Shown here one piece after another: positions 1-9,661 of a stretch of DNA of 64,000 nucleotides; position 1 is the stretch's first letter; every line of letters starts with the position of its first letter. Source of the stretch: Nitrospirota bacterium (GTDB lineage: Bacteria > Nitrospirota > Thermodesulfovibrionia > Thermodesulfovibrionales > Dissulfurispiraceae); NCBI GenBank assembly GCA_963710375.1, contig CAVPZX010000003.1:160001-224000 (forward strand), read 5' to 3'. The translations under genes were made by a program, and so were the position numbers. A model generated the notes under the pieces. The model was not told the DNA's origin. It saw only the letters and a program-made list of their open reading frames with translations, and made no database searches.

Positions 1-1145
1 TTGCGGTATGTCTGAGCCTATCCGTCCTTGCGGCCTGTGCAACTGATACAACAGCGTTAAAACAGCAGACGCTTCCGGAACAGTTCGGACCCGGTCCACT
101 CCGGATAGCAGTCCTGCCATTTGAAAATATGAGCGGAAAGGCCGCTCCCCTCAAGCCCCTCAAGCAATCGGCAGTTAATCGACTTAAGGCCCTGGGATTT
201 TCCATTTTGGACGATACAGCGCTTGATCGGTTCATGACAGCGCACAGACTGCGTTATACCGGAGGCGTAGATGCCCAGACAGCGCAGCAGTTCAAGAGCG
301 AGTTAGGCGTCGATGCAGTGCTTATCACCAATATCGAATTATACGATGATGCGGCGCCGCCGAAAATAGCCTTGCTCAGCCGCCTCGTCTCGACGGGTGA
401 ACCGCCGTCTATTCTTTGGATGAACGGTGTATCGCTTGCAGGCGATGAATCACCCGGGATATTAGGCGTGGGGTTGATCGAAGACCCCTCAAAACTGACA
501 GAAAAGGCATTGGGGAGTCTTTTCGGCTCCATGATGGATCATAGTTCCGGAAAAACAGGAACGATGAATATAGGCAGATGGGGGTATGGTCCCAGAGCTG
601 TCTTCGCATCTCCAGTTCTTCAAAGAGGCAAACGGTACACTATCGCTATAGTCCCGTTTACAAACAAGAGTGCGAGGCGGAATGCGGGCGACCTTGTTGA
701 ATTGCATTTTGCGGAACAACTCGTGAGGCGCGGAGATTTTGAGGTTGTCGAGCCTGGAATTGTGCGTCAGAACCTTTTAAACCTGAGACTGGTAATGCCC
801 GAAGGCATATCTCTTTCCGATATTGACGTTCTCTTTGACCTCCTCAACACTGACCTTGTGTTGATCGGAACTGTTTTCGAATATCAAGACCAGCAGCAGG
901 GCCGAACCGGGACGCCAAAAGTAGGATTTTCGACGTTTCTTATCGACAGGGCAAGCCGGAGGATAATCTGGTCATCCGGCAGCCATAATGGAGGCGATGA
1001 CTACATTTACGCCTTTGATTGGGGGAAGGTATACACTGCCCACGAGTTGATGTCGAGAATGGCCGCAAAGATCGTGCGCATACTGCATGAAAAACTCTAC
1101 TCAGAGCCGAAGGGCATGCTGACAGGAACGTTGCCGAAATCATGA
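1..1145 (+). CDS. Outer-membrane lipoprotein with two tandem alpha/beta (CsgG/TolB_N/GNA1162-like) domains; 5'-partial
   Basis: The frame of ORF 129..1145 is open back to the window start, reading AVCLSLSVLAA-CATD (lipobox LAAC). Two repeats begin with IAVLPFEN and IAIVPFTN. Confidence 0.75.
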   Translation, partial: AVCLSLSVLAACATDTTALKQQTLPEQFGPGPLRIAVLPFENMSGKAAPLKPLKQSAVNRLKALGFSILDDTALDRFMTAHRLRYTGGVDAQTAQQFKSELGVDAVLITNIELYDDAAPPKIALLSRLVSTGEPPSILWMNGVSLAGDESPGILGVGLIEDPSKLTEKALGSLFGSMMDHSSGKTGTMNIGRWGYGPRAVFASPVLQRGKRYTIAIVPFTNKSARRNAGDLVELHFAEQLVRRGDFEVVEPGIVRQNLLNLRLVMPEGISLSDIDVLFDLLNTDLVLIGTVFEYQDQQQGRTGTPKVGFSTFLIDRASRRIIWSSGSHNGGDDYIYAFDWGKVYTAHELMSRMAAKIVRILHEKLYSEPKGMLTGTLPKS

Positions 1146-1314
1146 ATCTGAGTTGCAGACAGGTGGGGTTCAAAATTGAAAATGGTATGCTCAATGTGAT
1201 AGCATATTATCCTGTGGTTACATTCATTTATTCAAACAAATTCCCGGAACAAGCTGTCAAAGATTCTAATGGTTTGCTGTGAGGATTCCGGAATTGCACA
1301 TAGGGGGAAATCCA

Positions 1315-3108
1315 GTGGAGAAAATTACTTGTAAGATAGTTGTGTTTGTTTGTGCACTTATGCTGCCTATGTATTTTGCGGTCCCGGCGCGCGCAGAAGA
1401 TAAAAAAGTGAATGCAGAAAACGCTGTCCCTGCGCATGAGGCTGCCGGCGCTGAGGCAAAACCTGCACCGCAGGCCGGCGCAGGCGAGGTGGTTATAGGC
1501 CTGAATATACCGCTTCTCTCACCGCTTTTTTCCGAAGTCCCCCTGGCAAAGGTAAACGACGAGACGGTCACAGTGAAGGAAATCAGGGATGCAGTTATCG
1601 CTTCGCACGAAGAAAGGACTGAAGAGAAGGCCGCTCAAAAGATAAATTATGTTGAAATACTTGACCGGCTGATTAACTCGAAGCTTATCCTGCAGGAGGC
1701 CCGCGGAATGGGCATCGACGAGCTGCCTGACATAAAAGAGGCGATTTCCGCCTATGGGAAAGAAATGCGCAAAAATCTGCTGCTGATGCGGGCCACGAAA
1801 AACGCGAAGGCGGACCCTGCAGAAGTCGATAAGATATATAAAGATATGATCAGGGAGTGGAAGATCAAATCTGTGCTCTTTTTCCAGGAAGAGGATGCGA
1901 AGAAGATGCTGGAGGGCATCAAGGCAGGAAAGAGCTTTGATGAACTGGCTGAAAAGGCGGTAGCAGACAAAAAAGCTAAGGGAAATTTGAAGGAAGATTT
2001 CATCGGGCCGGCCAATCTACTGCCGCAGGTGACTCAAGCTGTTGCGTCGATAAAGATCGGTTCAGTAACTCCCGTCGTCAAGATTTTGGCAGGCAAGGAA
2101 AATTCCGGATATGCCGTGCTCAAGCTTGTTGACGTGCGTTATGTAGACAATAAAGAGGCAAAAGAAAAAGCTGAGCAGGAGTCGCTTCAACACCAGAAGG
2201 CCAAAATGATTCAGGAGTATGGTAAAACGCTTATCAAGAAATACGATGTAAAAGTCAATAAGCAGCTCCTTAAGCAACTTGATTTTACCGCAAAGAAGCC
2301 CGGGATCGAAAAACTCTCGCAGGACAGGCGGGTACTTGCGGTAATAAAGGGAGAAAAGCCGATCACTATTGGGGTTGTCACCGTTGAGGTCAAGAAGTCC
2401 TTCTTTCATGGGTTAAAGGAGGCGCTCGCCGAAAACCGGGTCAATGACAAGAAATTTGAAGTCCTGGAGGGCTTGATCGACAAAGCACTAGAGGAAAAAG
2501 AAGCAGCCAAGCAGGGTTTGGACAAGACTGATGAATATAAGAACATGATGAAAGAATATGGGAACTCCGTTATTTTCGGCACTTTTATAGAAAAGGTCAT
2601 AGCTCCTGATGTGAAACTTACGAAGGAGGAAATTGAAACATATTACAAGGAACATATAAGCGAATACACCACTCCCGCGATGATCAGTTTAGACGGTCTG
2701 GCCTTTGCAAAAAAAGAGGATGCCGAAAATGCCATAGAGAAACTGAGGAAGGGCACCGATTACAACTGGCTGGTCAGCAACGCCGAAGGGCAGGTAAAAA
2801 AGGACGCCAAGAACCTGCTCTCTTTTGAGGGTAATCTGCTTACTGTTAAGAGCATGCCTGAGGGATTACAGAAAGTTTTAGCCGGGGCGAAAGAGGATGA
2901 GGTGAAACTCTATGCTAGTCCCGATGGCTACTACTATGTAGTTGTTGTAAAACATATAGTTGCTCCTGAGTCTAAACCACTTTCTGAAGTTCAGCAGGAC
3001 ATAGCCGGCAAGGTATACGGCGGGAAGCTTAAAGATTCTGTGGAAGAATATGCGGCCAAGCTGAGAAAGGCCGGTGACGTTAGGATTTACCTTTCTAAAA
3101 CCGAGTGA
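1315..3108 (+). CDS. Periplasmic PpiC/SurA-type peptidyl-prolyl isomerase/chaperone with duplicated domains
   Basis: Signal peptide (ARA-ED), SurA-like N-domain (LAKVNDETVT..LDRLINSKLILQEA), two parvulin-like segments (GKSFDELA, GTDYNWL). GTG at 1315 follows a GGGGG RBS; the ORF track starts at 1279. Confidence 0.8.
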   Translation: MEKITCKIVVFVCALMLPMYFAVPARAEDKKVNAENAVPAHEAAGAEAKPAPQAGAGEVVIGLNIPLLSPLFSEVPLAKVNDETVTVKEIRDAVIASHEERTEEKAAQKINYVEILDRLINSKLILQEARGMGIDELPDIKEAISAYGKEMRKNLLLMRATKNAKADPAEVDKIYKDMIREWKIKSVLFFQEEDAKKMLEGIKAGKSFDELAEKAVADKKAKGNLKEDFIGPANLLPQVTQAVASIKIGSVTPVVKILAGKENSGYAVLKLVDVRYVDNKEAKEKAEQESLQHQKAKMIQEYGKTLIKKYDVKVNKQLLKQLDFTAKKPGIEKLSQDRRVLAVIKGEKPITIGVVTVEVKKSFFHGLKEALAENRVNDKKFEVLEGLIDKALEEKEAAKQGLDKTDEYKNMMKEYGNSVIFGTFIEKVIAPDVKLTKEEIETYYKEHISEYTTPAMISLDGLAFAKKEDAENAIEKLRKGTDYNWLVSNAEGQVKKDAKNLLSFEGNLLTVKSMPEGLQKVLAGAKEDEVKLYASPDGYYYVVVVKHIVAPESKPLSEVQQDIAGKVYGGKLKDSVEEYAAKLRKAGDVRIYLSKTE

Positions 3109-3119
3109 GGAGCCTGCAC

Positions 3120-5108
3120 ATGTGGCGGATCTTAATTGCAAAACACAGGAGAGGGTTGGCAGGGGCGGCATTGCTACTGTTGTGCATGATAGCAATCCTC
3201 TCTGCGGCGCTTGGTACTGCGCTGGCAGAGAGGAAATTTACCCGCAAGGAGTGCCTGGACTGCCATACGAAGTTTGCTGAAAAATACCTTTCCATGAAGA
3301 GCGTTCATGCCGTGGTTAAAGAAAAAAAATGCGAGGAATGCCACATAAGGCATGGACTGGTGCCTAAGAACGTCCTGAAAAAAGCGGGCAACGAGCTCTG
3401 TTTTACCTGCCACACAATAGAGAAGCTCGGCCTGACTAAGCCGCAGGTACATTCCGCATTGAAGTCAGGCAGTTGTACGCAGTGCCATAATCCCCACGCA
3501 TCGCAGGCCAGCCATCTGTTGAAAGCGGAAGGCAACGAGGTCTGTTACCAATGCCATAAAAAAGAAATTTTTGAAAAGAAGGTTGTGCATAAGGTGATGC
3601 AGACAGAGGGCTGCAAGGCTTGCCATTTCTCGCACAGCTCCGACGAGAAAAATCTCCTCACCAAGCCGGAGACGCAGTTGTGTCTTTCCTGTCATGACAA
3701 GGGCGCTGAAGCTTTTAAGAAGGCACACGGCGGATATCCGGTGGAGACAAAACTGTGTTCGGTCTGCCATAATCCACACTCATCAGAGCAGCCGAAACTG
3801 CTGAAAACGAGCGTTCATAACCCTGTGGCATCGGGCACGTGCGATGCCTGCCACGCCGATGCAAAATCCGCGAAACCGTTCGCCGTAACGCAAAGCGGCG
3901 GGAAGATGTGCGAGATGTGCCATGATTCAGAATCGTTAAGGGCAGGGGGAACGGTTGATCACGTCCCGTTCAAAAACGGACTCTGCCTCGAATGCCATAA
4001 TCCGCACGCCTCGGAAAATTTCAGGCTGCTCATGCTTGGCGGCAACAATCTTTGTTTCAAGTGTCATAAAGAAAAAGGTGTAAAGCCGATGTTCAGCCAC
4101 CCCGCGGTTTCCGGCGGTAAGGGCTGCCTCTCATGCCATGCACCCCATGCTGCAAAGAATCCGCGGCTCCTCCAGGTCAAAGATGGAGATATCTGCCTGA
4201 CCTGCCACGTAAAAATGAAAGAGGTGCTTAAGAGCAAAGTCATTCACCCGCCGTTTGCCGAGCAGATGTGCAGCACCTGTCACGATCCCCATGGTTCAAA
4301 TCTGACGGCCATGCTAAGGGACAGAATGGACAAGGTCTGCTACGGGTGCCATACCGATGCCGAAACACAGTTCGAAAAAACCTATATCCATAAGCCGGTG
4401 CGGACTGCACAATGTACTGCCTGCCATAGTCCTCACGGCTCTGCAAATGAGAAACTGCTGAAGGCTGAGGGGGCGGAGTTGTGCGAAAAGTGCCACAGCG
4501 AGCTTATGAAAGAAGTTAAAGGCGGAACAAACCACGTGCCATTTGCGGGAGGGATGTGCCTTACATGTCACAAACCTCACGCCAGTGATGTTTCCGGAGT
4601 GCTTGTCAACAAGCAGATTACACTATGCCTTACCTGTCATCCGGAAATCGGCAAAGGACTGGACGGGAGCATGAGCAAACACAAGCCTGTTGCGGCTGGT
4701 GAGTGCACAAAATGCCATAGCCCCCATAAGTCGAAAATAAATAAGCTGCTCCTCGCAGAGGGTCCTGATCTCTGCTTCTCCTGTCATAAGGACAAAAAGG
4801 AGAAAATGGAAAAGGAAAAGGCGCATCCGCCTGCTACCAGCGATTGTCTGACCTGCCACAAGCCGCACTATTCAGGCGAGAGGACACTGCTTGCCCAACC
4901 TGTTAAAGATCTCTGCAGCCAATGCCACGACCTGAAAGAAGAGACGTTCAGCAAGGCGCATATAGGGATTAATCCCGACGTCATCGACTGCAGGACGTGT
5001 CATGACCCCCATGCGTCGAACGACCCGAACTTCTTCAAGGACACCGTTCATCCGCCTTTTGCCGCCCGCACGTGTGAAGAATGCCACGTGGTTGGAGGTA
5101 AGAAATGA
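3120..5108 (+). CDS. Multiheme c-type cytochrome, 26 CXXCH, doubled-CXXCH repeat family
   Basis: 26 CXXCH motifs counted by hand in a repeating H-P-x4-CxxCH-xPH-x15-CxxCH pattern; signal peptide ALA-ER; GAGGAG RBS before ATG 3120. Confidence 0.95.
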   Translation: MWRILIAKHRRGLAGAALLLLCMIAILSAALGTALAERKFTRKECLDCHTKFAEKYLSMKSVHAVVKEKKCEECHIRHGLVPKNVLKKAGNELCFTCHTIEKLGLTKPQVHSALKSGSCTQCHNPHASQASHLLKAEGNEVCYQCHKKEIFEKKVVHKVMQTEGCKACHFSHSSDEKNLLTKPETQLCLSCHDKGAEAFKKAHGGYPVETKLCSVCHNPHSSEQPKLLKTSVHNPVASGTCDACHADAKSAKPFAVTQSGGKMCEMCHDSESLRAGGTVDHVPFKNGLCLECHNPHASENFRLLMLGGNNLCFKCHKEKGVKPMFSHPAVSGGKGCLSCHAPHAAKNPRLLQVKDGDICLTCHVKMKEVLKSKVIHPPFAEQMCSTCHDPHGSNLTAMLRDRMDKVCYGCHTDAETQFEKTYIHKPVRTAQCTACHSPHGSANEKLLKAEGAELCEKCHSELMKEVKGGTNHVPFAGGMCLTCHKPHASDVSGVLVNKQITLCLTCHPEIGKGLDGSMSKHKPVAAGECTKCHSPHKSKINKLLLAEGPDLCFSCHKDKKEKMEKEKAHPPATSDCLTCHKPHYSGERTLLAQPVKDLCSQCHDLKEETFSKAHIGINPDVIDCRTCHDPHASNDPNFFKDTVHPPFAARTCEECHVVGGKK

Positions 5109-6394
5109 GAGGAACTGCGATGTATTTTAGATACACATTGCTCCTTCTGATTTCCGTTGCCTGTGTCCTCTCATCCGGGACGCCTGCCCATTCAGAGGAA
5201 AATAAGTTCAACCTGAAGCTGGGGGCCAGAGGGAAGGTCTGCCTGAATTGTCACGTTGAAATGCAGGACAAGCTAAAAAATCCCTTCGTACACACCCCTG
5301 TCAAGGTCGGTGACTGTACTGGATGCCATAACCCTCACACGTCTTCTCACGGCAAACTCCTTGCCGCAGATCCCAGCAAGATATGCCTTACCTGCCATAA
5401 AGCGATGGTGCCTGAAAATGCGCGCAGCGCCCATAAAGTTGTTGTGGACAATAACTGTATCAAGTGCCATGACCCTCATTCCGCAAAGAACAAGTTTAAT
5501 CTGCTGCAAAGCGGCAATGAACTCTGTTTTGGCTGCCACAAAGATATGGGTAATGTGGTTACAAAAGTAAAGTTCAAGCATTATCCGGTGGAAAAAGGAT
5601 GTCTCACCTGCCACAACCCACATGCCTCGATAAAGGCAAAATTCCTCTTGAAGGACGAAGTGCCTTCGCTTTGCCTTGGCTGCCATAAGACCAATCAGCC
5701 TATGTTTACGAAAGCTCATATGAACTACCCGGTGCAAAGGGCACGTTGTACAACATGCCATAACCCTCACGGCTCTGACAGACCCGGCATTCTCTTTAAT
5801 AATGTCCATAAACCTGTTGCCGGCAAGATGTGCAACCAATGTCATGAAGACCCTTCATCCAGCAATCCTTTTGCTACCAGGAGGCCCGGTTTTGAACTAT
5901 GCCAGGGGTGCCACAGCGGTTTGATCAAGGATGTCTTCAGCAAGAACAGGATACACTGGCCTCTGTTGGACAAAAAGAGCTGCCTGACCTGCCACAACCC
6001 GCATGCTTCACCTGAACCCAAACTCCTTAAAGCCTCGATGCGGCAGGTATGCGGCGCTTGTCATGCCGACAGTATCCAGCGGCAGGACAGGTCACAGACC
6101 AAGCATCCGCCGATAAAGGATGGGATGTGCACCTCATGCCACGAGCCTCATGCCGGTGACAGTCCATACTTTTTCATAAAGCCGACAGTTATCGAATTAT
6201 GCGGCACATGCCATGATTGGGAAAAGCATTCATCGCACCCGCTCGGTGAAAAGTTCATCGACCCGCGGAACAAGAATCTGACGATTCAGTGCCTTAGCTG
6301 TCACCGGGCTCACGGCACCGAACATAAGTCCTTTATTTATGCTTCACCGGTTAGTGCGTTATGCACACAGTGCCACGTTAAATATCAGAGGTGA
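5105..6394 (+). CDS. Multiheme c-type cytochrome, 16 CXXCH, doubled-CXXCH repeat family
   Basis: 16 CXXCH motifs counted; signal peptide AHS-EE; ATGA overlap with the upstream stop. Confidence 0.95.
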   Translation: MRGTAMYFRYTLLLLISVACVLSSGTPAHSEENKFNLKLGARGKVCLNCHVEMQDKLKNPFVHTPVKVGDCTGCHNPHTSSHGKLLAADPSKICLTCHKAMVPENARSAHKVVVDNNCIKCHDPHSAKNKFNLLQSGNELCFGCHKDMGNVVTKVKFKHYPVEKGCLTCHNPHASIKAKFLLKDEVPSLCLGCHKTNQPMFTKAHMNYPVQRARCTTCHNPHGSDRPGILFNNVHKPVAGKMCNQCHEDPSSSNPFATRRPGFELCQGCHSGLIKDVFSKNRIHWPLLDKKSCLTCHNPHASPEPKLLKASMRQVCGACHADSIQRQDRSQTKHPPIKDGMCTSCHEPHAGDSPYFFIKPTVIELCGTCHDWEKHSSHPLGEKFIDPRNKNLTIQCLSCHRAHGTEHKSFIYASPVSALCTQCHVKYQR

Positions 6395-7308
6395 TGAATA
6401 TGATAAAAAACATAATGAGACTTTTTGCTGTCATAGTGGTACTGCTCCTGCCGATTGGCGCATTCAGCGCCGACATTCCCAAGTTCCGCTTCATAACCTC
6501 AATATACACTGACAGTAAGGGAGACTCCTTAAAGCAGCCGGAGGGGGTGGCCTGCAACTATAAATCGCTTGTTGTTGTGGCCGATACGGGGAAAAACCGT
6601 CTAATTAAATATACCTTCTCTGACGGCTCATTGCAGGGGGGAGACGAGCTGCCTGTTTCAGGACTGTCCAATCCGCTGCGGGTCCAGGTGAATTCAAAAG
6701 GAGAGATCTTTGCCCTTGACGGAAAAGAGCGCCGTATTGCACGGATAAGCCGGGAGGGTGCATTAATGGGTTATGTCACACCCCAGGGGCTGCCGGCTCC
6801 CCCTGATTTTATTCCGAGGAGCTTCAGGATCGATGGAAACGATGCTATTTACATCATCGATATATTTAATGCACGCGTGCTGGTCCTCGATCCGTCGATG
6901 AAATTCATACGGCTGCTGCCATTCCCCGACAACTATGGTTTTATATCGGACCTTGCAGTAAATGCGCAGGGCACTATTTTTTTGATCGACAGCGTGAACT
7001 CTGTAGTGTATTCGGCCGACAAGAATGCGAGCGGTTTTGCGCCGCTGACAAAGCCTCTGAAAGAAAATATAGCCTTTGCCGCCAATATCGCCCTTGATAA
7101 CAATGGCACGATCTACCTGGCTGACCAAAACAGCAGTACTATAGTCACCATCAATAAAGACGGTTCTTTTCAGACAAGGCATTTGAGCATGGGATGGAAA
7201 GACGGTATGCTTCACTATCCCACTCAAATGTGCATCACCAACAGCGGTGACATGTTCATTGCAGACAGGGACAACAACAGGATTGGGATATTCAACATTG
7301 TCCAATAG
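6391..7308 (+). CDS. NHL-repeat beta-propeller protein, exported
   Basis: Repeats PEGVA..VVADTGKNR, IYIIDIFNARV, IYLADQNSSTI, MFIADRDNNRI; signal peptide. Confidence 0.9.
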   Translation: MMNMIKNIMRLFAVIVVLLLPIGAFSADIPKFRFITSIYTDSKGDSLKQPEGVACNYKSLVVVADTGKNRLIKYTFSDGSLQGGDELPVSGLSNPLRVQVNSKGEIFALDGKERRIARISREGALMGYVTPQGLPAPPDFIPRSFRIDGNDAIYIIDIFNARVLVLDPSMKFIRLLPFPDNYGFISDLAVNAQGTIFLIDSVNSVVYSADKNASGFAPLTKPLKENIAFAANIALDNNGTIYLADQNSSTIVTINKDGSFQTRHLSMGWKDGMLHYPTQMCITNSGDMFIADRDNNRIGIFNIVQ

Positions 7309-7370
7309 AAAATATCAGGTCCTGGCCGGCAAGCTCGTTCAGAGTATTTGAATCCTGGTTGAAATTGTGA

Positions 7371-8027
7371 TTAAGGCTTTTGCAGCTGAAGGCCGCTCAT
7401 TTTAAGTCCGTCAATAAGGCTTTTGAACCTCTTGTAGGATTCTCCGGATTTATTTCCGTCCAGCGCCACAATGTCTCTGACTTTTGCATTCGCCGAGAGG
7501 AGTGCGCCTTCAAAGCGTTCAGCCTCTTCCCGTTGACGTTCTGTTTTTGTTCTTTCTGTTTTTTCTGTTTCTATTTTCTCCTCATCCGCAATTTTTCCGA
7601 TAGTATCGACATCCGGTCTTTGTTTGGTTTGCTCCTTATTTTCAGGTGATTGTTCAACTTTGTCCTCTTGCGCGCCATCCGGTTTTGCCATAGCAGCAAC
7701 AGCATCGCTGATAAACCTGTCAAGATCAGCGGAAGCACTGCTTGTGTAAAACGCGCTCAGCGGAACATCCACGACATTTACGGATTTCTCTTCTATAGCA
7801 TCCAGAAATGAATTCACGGATAAAGCTGCCCTGTTATATGAATCAACAAGAGGTTTGCGTTTATCGCCGGTAAGGTCTTTTCTTGCGCTTACCTGATCAG
7901 CCAAGTAGTTTGCAAGCAGGATTTTCTCGCATGCCGCCCTCAGCCCGTCAGTCCTTTTGACTTCGTAGCACCCTGCCAAAAACAGGCATACTGCTATAAT
8001 AAATGCAATACAAACTGTTTTCTCCAT
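7371..8027 (-). CDS. Hypothetical lipoprotein
   Basis: Lipobox LAG-C after a hydrophobic stretch (from MEKTV); helical body with a charged low-complexity insert (EKIET EKTER TKTER). Confidence 0.65.
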   Translation of the reverse strand: MEKTVCIAFIIAVCLFLAGCYEVKRTDGLRAACEKILLANYLADQVSARKDLTGDKRKPLVDSYNRAALSVNSFLDAIEEKSVNVVDVPLSAFYTSSASADLDRFISDAVAAMAKPDGAQEDKVEQSPENKEQTKQRPDVDTIGKIADEEKIETEKTERTKTERQREEAERFEGALLSANAKVRDIVALDGNKSGESYKRFKSLIDGLKMSGLQLQKP

Positions 8028-8055
8028 AGACGCGACTTCCTGTTCCCAGGACATG

Positions 8056-8628
8056 TCAAAGCTGGTGGAATGCGCGGATTTCTTCCTTCATTCTCTCCAC
8101 AGCAGACTGGAGCGATAGGGCGCTCGATAACGATGGAGTACCCGTGAGCATTGATGTGCTGAGTTCTGTTGACGCTGCGGACAATGCCGGCTGCTGCTCT
8201 TTAATCCGCAGAATTTTTTCCCGAAGACTTGCCCGCATCTCATCCAAACCCATGGCCAGGTCCTGAAACTCATCCCCCTTTCTGAGGACGACCTTGCTTG
8301 CAAGGTCGCCGCCGGCAATCCCTGCAAGGCTTCTTTTGATCGCAAAAAGCGGCGGGGAAAGCCGCTTCAAAAGCGAATGAATAATCTGAGCAAGAATGCC
8401 TGCAAAAACTACAAGCGTAACCACCTGCACGCCGATAGTAAGGGGGAGGAGCAGTTCGTTTATTGTAGAAATATCGCAATAGGACGAATAACACAAGACC
8501 GTCAGCTTTTTCTGGGCAACATAGATAAACAGCATGACTGTGACAGCCGCCCATATTGTCGCAAGGACGACAAACCGCATAATGAAACGGGATTGAAGAT
8601 CTTTATTGATAAAATAATTTCTTCTCAT
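8056..8628 (-). CDS. Two-TM HAMP-domain membrane protein without output domain
   Basis: N-terminal RRNYFINKDLQSRFI, two TM helices, HAMP motif (PLFAIKRSLAGIAGGDLASKVVLRKGDEFQDLA), short coiled coil. Confidence 0.8.
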   Translation of the reverse strand: MRRNYFINKDLQSRFIMRFVVLATIWAAVTVMLFIYVAQKKLTVLCYSSYCDISTINELLLPLTIGVQVVTLVVFAGILAQIIHSLLKRLSPPLFAIKRSLAGIAGGDLASKVVLRKGDEFQDLAMGLDEMRASLREKILRIKEQQPALSAASTELSTSMLTGTPSLSSALSLQSAVERMKEEIRAFHQL

Positions 8629-8664
8629 TATTCACCTTTACCTATGCCTGTGTCCCTGCCTGTG

Positions 8665-9243
8665 TCATGTCCTGATTTCCGAGAGGCTCCTCTCGATTTT
8701 TTTTATATTGCTTTCCATTTCTTCTGCCGACTGCCTGATTGCTGCAGTATCATGGCCATTCCGGATAATTTCGGCTGCAGCCCTTGACTGCATCTCAAGA
8801 GTGTCGAGACAGGCCGTAATTTCAGAAATACGGGACCTGTACCGGCTCGCCACATCATTTAGAAAAATCTTCATGTCCTTCAGGTTGTCCTTTGAGCGAA
8901 AAGAGAAATTGCAGGTCAGATCGCCCTGAGCGATTTTGGCCGCCTCAACTCCGAGGCGATAGGCAGGGCCGGCTATGCGGTGAGAATAGAACAAATGAAA
9001 CACAGCCAGAGCCAGAGCAATAACAATAGAAATGGCCGCATAGACGCTTGCCACTTTCCATATAAGGTCTTTCCGGATCGATTGCACTGCTGCCAATGTG
9101 TTATGAAAGCCCTGACCCAGGTTTGCCGGAAACAACAAAGAGACTGCCCAACAGGCCATAGCAGCACCGAGCGAAACAATTACGAATGTAATTATATATA
9201 AGAATATTCGATAATTTTTCTGTGTAACGAGTCCCTTCTGCAT
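8665..9243 (-). CDS. Two-TM HAMP-domain membrane protein without output domain
   Basis: Two TM helices, SHRIAGPAYRL..IAQGDLT..RSKDNL HAMP motif. Start at MQKGL (9243) preferred because the longer ORF runs toward the MITE. Confidence 0.75.
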   Translation of the reverse strand: MQKGLVTQKNYRIFLYIITFVIVSLGAAMACWAVSLLFPANLGQGFHNTLAAVQSIRKDLIWKVASVYAAISIVIALALAVFHLFYSHRIAGPAYRLGVEAAKIAQGDLTCNFSFRSKDNLKDMKIFLNDVASRYRSRISEITACLDTLEMQSRAAAEIIRNGHDTAAIRQSAEEMESNIKKIERSLSEIRT

Positions 9244-9332
9244 ATGCGCCCTTTCAATAACAATATCATCAGTCTTCCAGCTACAAGATACTTTAACAGA
9301 TGAGTAATCATAGTGCAAGTGGCGCCACCGCT

Positions 9333-9546
9333 GGGTAGTGGGCCAGTTTGTTTTTGTTCTGTATCACCTGGGTTATCAGTAGTGGGCGAGTAACCTGCAC
9401 CCCAAAAAGTCTTACGACTTGTTGGGGACCCCGTCCGCCGAGCCCACATATATAGAAGTGGCGACCACAGATAATGCTCAATATAGGCCAGTGATTGAAT
9501 TGAACGGCTAATTGATACAGAGCAAAAACAAACTGGCTCACTACCC
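9333..9546. mobile_element. MITE-like element family A, copy 1 (with 42-bp internal insertion)
   Basis: About 34-bp imperfect terminal inverted repeats gggtagtgggccagtttgtttttgttctgtatca / tgatacagagcaaaaacaaactggctcactaccc; near-identical inverted copy at 39729-39900. Confidence 0.85.
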
Positions 9547-9661
9547 AAAGGAATGATGGTGGAGGCGGCAGATCAATACATGTTAAAATTAAAGTGATAT
9601 ACTTTCTTTAATAATCGAATGCGTTGCTGTAAAATGAAACTGAATGAATCAGGCAAAGGCC

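Noticed and set aside
8056..9243. Methyl-accepting chemotaxis proteins
   Set aside because: No MCP signalling hairpin (LLALNAAIEAARAGE) is present.
9547..9661. Cyclic-dinucleotide riboswitch upstream of the omcS-like gene
   Set aside because: No GEMM-I core (YAAACC...GAAAG/CAAAG) is visible.
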